Source of the DNA: an uncultured Collinsella sp.
GTDB taxonomy: Bacteria > Actinomycetota > Coriobacteriia > Coriobacteriales > Coriobacteriaceae
Assembly (NCBI GenBank): GCA_905207015.1
Contig: CAJLJQ010000001.1
Coordinates: forward strand, 1 to 62,383
Length of the DNA: 62,383 bases
Reading direction: 5' to 3'
A program made the position numbers and the translations under genes. Positions 59,150 to 62,383 of the stretch are shown here, piece after piece; position 1 is the stretch's first letter, and the number at the start of each line of letters is the position of its first letter. The notes under the pieces were generated by a model that was given only the letters and a program-made list of their open reading frames with translations, had not been told where the DNA came from and made no database searches.

Positions 59150-60211
59150 TTAGTAGTCGAACTGGTGATAGTAGCGACGGTAGTTGAGGTTGTGCTTGGT
59201 GACCGTCTCGTAGTAAGCGGCAAGGCGATCGGTGATCAGCGAGGAAAGGATCCACGGAGACACGATGACGCGGAACTCGTCGTCAAGGCCGGGGATCGCG
59301 AACTCGGCGGTGTCGATGATGTTGATGTCGGTGTCGCCGGTCACGCCGCGGTTGAGGAACGCGCGGACGCGCTCGTCGAGCTTGCGGTTCTCGTCCTCGC
59401 CCATGAACAGGAACACGGGGACGCCGGGCTCCACGAGCTCGAGGGTGCCGTGGAAGAAGTCGGCCGAGGTGATGTAGCGGGTGCGCTTCCACTGCATCTC
59501 CTCCAGGATGCACATCGAGAACAGGATGGTCTCGCCCCACAGGGCGCCGGAGCCGATGAACATGGTGTAGGGGGCCAGGGCGTACTTCTTGGCGAGCTCC
59601 TCGGCGCGCGGCTCGAAGCGCTTGCGGATATCGAGCATGTCCTTCCAGATGTCCTTGGTCTGCTCGATAAACAGATCGAACTTGGGGAAGCAGCCGCGGC
59701 GGTTGAGCAGGCGCAGGCCGAAGCAGTCGGCGAGGTAGTAGCCCTTCTCGCAGCCGCCCGAACCATGGTCAGAAGCCATGGCGACGCAGTTCTCGGCGCC
59801 GACAGCCTGGCCGATGGGGCCCTCGGGCTTGGTCATGGCGTAGACGCGCACGCCCATGCCCTTCATCTTCTTGACGGCCTCGAGGACCTCGGGGGTGGTT
59901 CCGGACTCGGAGGCGGTGAGCACGACGGACTTCTCGGTCATGCGCTTGTGGCCCATGACGTTCCACTCGGCGGCGTGGATCAGGTAGACCTCGAGGTCGC
60001 GGTCGCCGAACTTGTTCATGAGGTACTCGAGCTGCATGAGCTCGTCCCAGGTGCCGCCGACGCCCATCAGGAACACGGCGTCGTAGCCCTCGTCGGCGAC
60101 CTTGTCGGCGAGCGCGGTCATCTTCTTGCCGGCCTCGTAGACGTTCTTGCCGTCCTCGACGTAGCCCTCCTGGCTAAAGTGCATGATCTCGATCTTCTCG
60201 GTTTCCTTCAT
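59150..60211 (-). CDS. SIS-domain fructosamine-6-phosphate deglycase (FrlB/GfrF-like)
   Basis: G.GG, S.SG.TPE, CILEEMQW, FFHG.LE, H.L..RRYY. Confidence 0.88.
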   Translation of the reverse strand: MKETEKIEIMHFSQEGYVEDGKNVYEAGKKMTALADKVADEGYDAVFLMGVGGTWDELMQLEYLMNKFGDRDLEVYLIHAAEWNVMGHKRMTEKSVVLTASESGTTPEVLEAVKKMKGMGVRVYAMTKPEGPIGQAVGAENCVAMASDHGSGGCEKGYYLADCFGLRLLNRRGCFPKFDLFIEQTKDIWKDMLDIRKRFEPRAEELAKKYALAPYTMFIGSGALWGETILFSMCILEEMQWKRTRYITSADFFHGTLELVEPGVPVFLFMGEDENRKLDERVRAFLNRGVTGDTDINIIDTAEFAIPGLDDEFRVIVSPWILSSLITDRLAAYYETVTKHNLNYRRYYHQFDY

Positions 60212-60381
60212 GGCTTTTCCTTTCTGTCCTGCACGCAACTCTATACATCGCGTTTCTTTTCGATACCAATTATAGACATACACCTAATGTGTTTTTAATA
60301 CCACTTATCAATCTGCTCCAATCCTCGGTGAACGGTCGAAATTCTCTGGTGAGTGGTATTAAATTAGAATTGAATGTATAG

Positions 60382-60966
60382 CTAACGCCTCTGGCTCCTC
60401 CCTTGTGTGACAAAGAACAGCGTTCCTACCAGCGCAATAATGGTCGATGCCCCAAACAGCACCGCCTGAACGCCCAAAGCCTCCGCCAAAAACGGAGCCG
60501 CCAGCAGCGGCAGCACGCCGGCGCTCATCAGGCCAAAACGCACAAAGCCGGTAATGCGCCCCAGGTATTTGATGTCGGCGCGCTCCTGAATCAAGATCAT
60601 CTGCAGCGGTTCCAGGAATCCCCAGGCCAGACCGTTAATCGCCTGACCGATAATCGCGACCCCCAGCATATCGGTGCCCACGTACACCATGGACCCAATG
60701 CCCACGGCCATGAGCGCGCCGAGCAGCAATCGTAGGTTGACATGGCGAGCAGAAAGCTTGGTCAGGATGAACGCGCCCACCGAGGAAGTGAGGCCCACGA
60801 CCGAGGACAGCCAGCCCAGCCAGACGATATCCACGTTGAGCACATCACGGTAGAACAACGACTCCAGCGAATCGAACGCGCCGAACGCAAAGAAACCCAA
60901 AAAGCCCGAGATAAAGATGAGGCGCAGGTCGTGGTCGCGAAACGTAAGTCGCGCACCCTCGGCCAT
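60382..60966 (-). pseudogene. 3' half of an MFS transporter (host-like composition), 5' half missing
   Basis: About six hydrophobic helices, IQE.....YLGR..G motif; GC-rich codons end abruptly near 60966. Confidence 0.75.
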
Positions 60967-62383
60967 GGAATGGAGAAGTTCCGGGATATCCTCCACGCGT
61001 TTGCGGAGCGGAGGGATAACTAGGGGCAGGATCTTGAGTCGATAATAGAGATCCTCACGGAAGGTACCCTGCCGGACCATATCGTTCAAATTCCGGTTGG
61101 TTGCGCAGATAACCCGTACGTCAATAGGGATCACACTGGTGGAGCCAACCGGCATCACTTCCCGCTCTTCCAGAACCCGTAGAAGGCGACTTTGAAGAGA
61201 GAGGGGAATGTCGCCAATTTCATCAAGAAAAATGGTGCCGTTATCGGCGGTTTGAAAGAGGCCCTGCTTTCCCCCTTTGCGTGCCCCAGTAAAAGCCCCC
61301 TCTTCATAACCAAAAAGTTCGCTTTCAATTAGGGTATCTGGAATGGCGGCACAGTTTACGGCCACAAAGGGGCTTTGACGGCGACGCGAGGCATTGTGGA
61401 TGGACTGGGCAAACATCTCCTTGCGTGTGCCGCTCTCCCCAAAGATGAGGATGGTCTCATCTGTACCAGAATAGTACTGTGCCAGGCGAATTGCCTTTTG
61501 AACAGCGGGGGAGTGTCCTAAAATGTCTGAAAAGTGGTACTTGGCTGGCAAGGGGTTCTTTTTTACACCATGAGAGCACCGTTTTTCGGAGGAGGACGCG
61601 GCGATTGGGGTGAGCAGGATGAAACAGTGGCGGTGCTGGAGGGGGGACTCGAAGTGGAGGTGCAGTGTATAGGGCTTTTTCCCTAAATATACGACTTCCT
61701 TTTCCTCACGACCTTCGGACAGGGAGGCGGCGAGGTGGGCCAACTCTGGAAAACACGGGAGAAGCGGGTGGCCAGGCAATCCCTTCTGTCCGGCGGGCAG
61801 GAGACGGGCGGCGGCCTCGTTCAGCTCCACGATCTGTTGGTTCTCATCCAGGTGGAACAGAGCAGTGCCTGTAAGAGCGAGTGTCTGGGATAACTAGCTT
61901 TTGAGTAGTTGGTTCTGGGTGTGGATATCTTGTCGGTGGTACAGCTCAGATACCAGTTGCTGCATCACCGGTATATGGAACTGGTTCAAAAAGTCAGGCG
62001 GCAGATTATATATTTTGACAATTTCAGCAAGAGTAGAGGGAGTGATATTTCGGTATCCCAGGTTGATGTAGACCTTTTTGTTTTCTGGACAATAGCTGCG
62101 AAAACCGGCATAAACAACGGTGTCATAGGGAGTAGTGTCTATGTCACAGCCGGGCCAATAAGGGATATAGTTCAGATGATTGATCCCGAGCTGTTGCAGG
62201 TTTTCTACCAAATCCTCCGCAATCCGTCTGGGCTTGTTTGCAACCAGCACTGGCGTACCTTCGGGCAGTTCCAAAAGCCGATGTAAGTGATTGCTGTCCA
62301 AAAAACGCCGGGCAAATATGATTTGGCTGTTTGGAAAATATTTGTCGGCGTACGCAAGGGAGGTAATATTGACCAAAATAGCG
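60967..62383 (-). pseudogene. Interrupted and truncated sigma-54-dependent transcriptional activator (foreign composition)
   Basis: GESGTRKE (altered Walker A), ESELFGYEEGAFTGA, FLDEIG, ATNRNL, FREDLYYRL; in-frame TAG at 61894-61896; C-terminus and HTH replaced by MFS sequence; frame open at window end. Confidence 0.8.

Noticed and set aside
61894..61896. In-frame TAG as pyrrolysine or readthrough
   Set aside because: No pyl genes are visible, and the same gene has other lesions, so decay or sequence error is more likely.

Overview
GC-rich chromosomal window from a Coriobacteriia actinobacterium, most likely Collinsella (inferred from gene content and protein style). It is mostly housekeeping: topA-hypBA-tatC/tatA, nhaA, ppaC, ROK kinase/GntR/manA, pcrA, uppP, two two-component systems, purH, gluQ, tRNA-Leu(TAA), ppx-divIC-eno-mazG, a complete his cluster with a hisZ-hisG fusion and a HisR-like operator, and an Amadori-compound (fructoselysine-type) SIS/PTS/epimerase operon. 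The main accessory feature is a lower-GC defence islet (~29.0-34.1 kb) without integrase. It holds an AIPR-like gene converging on an EcoRII-like endonuclease, a C5-methyltransferase with an SsoII-type HTH and a matching operator, and an orphan AbiEi antitoxin. Other notable items are an archaeal-type TopA, a REP-like hairpin family with variable stems and a conserved loop, a two-copy ~117-nt structured repeat, several large palindromes, a candidate ncRNA near 26.5 kb, and 33-bp tandem repeats before a DUF4143 ATPase. The last ~1.4 kb is compositionally foreign (a broken sigma-54 activator joined in frame to an MFS 3' half) and is probably an assembly chimera or a recent insertion. All family assignments are from motif recognition, not database searches.
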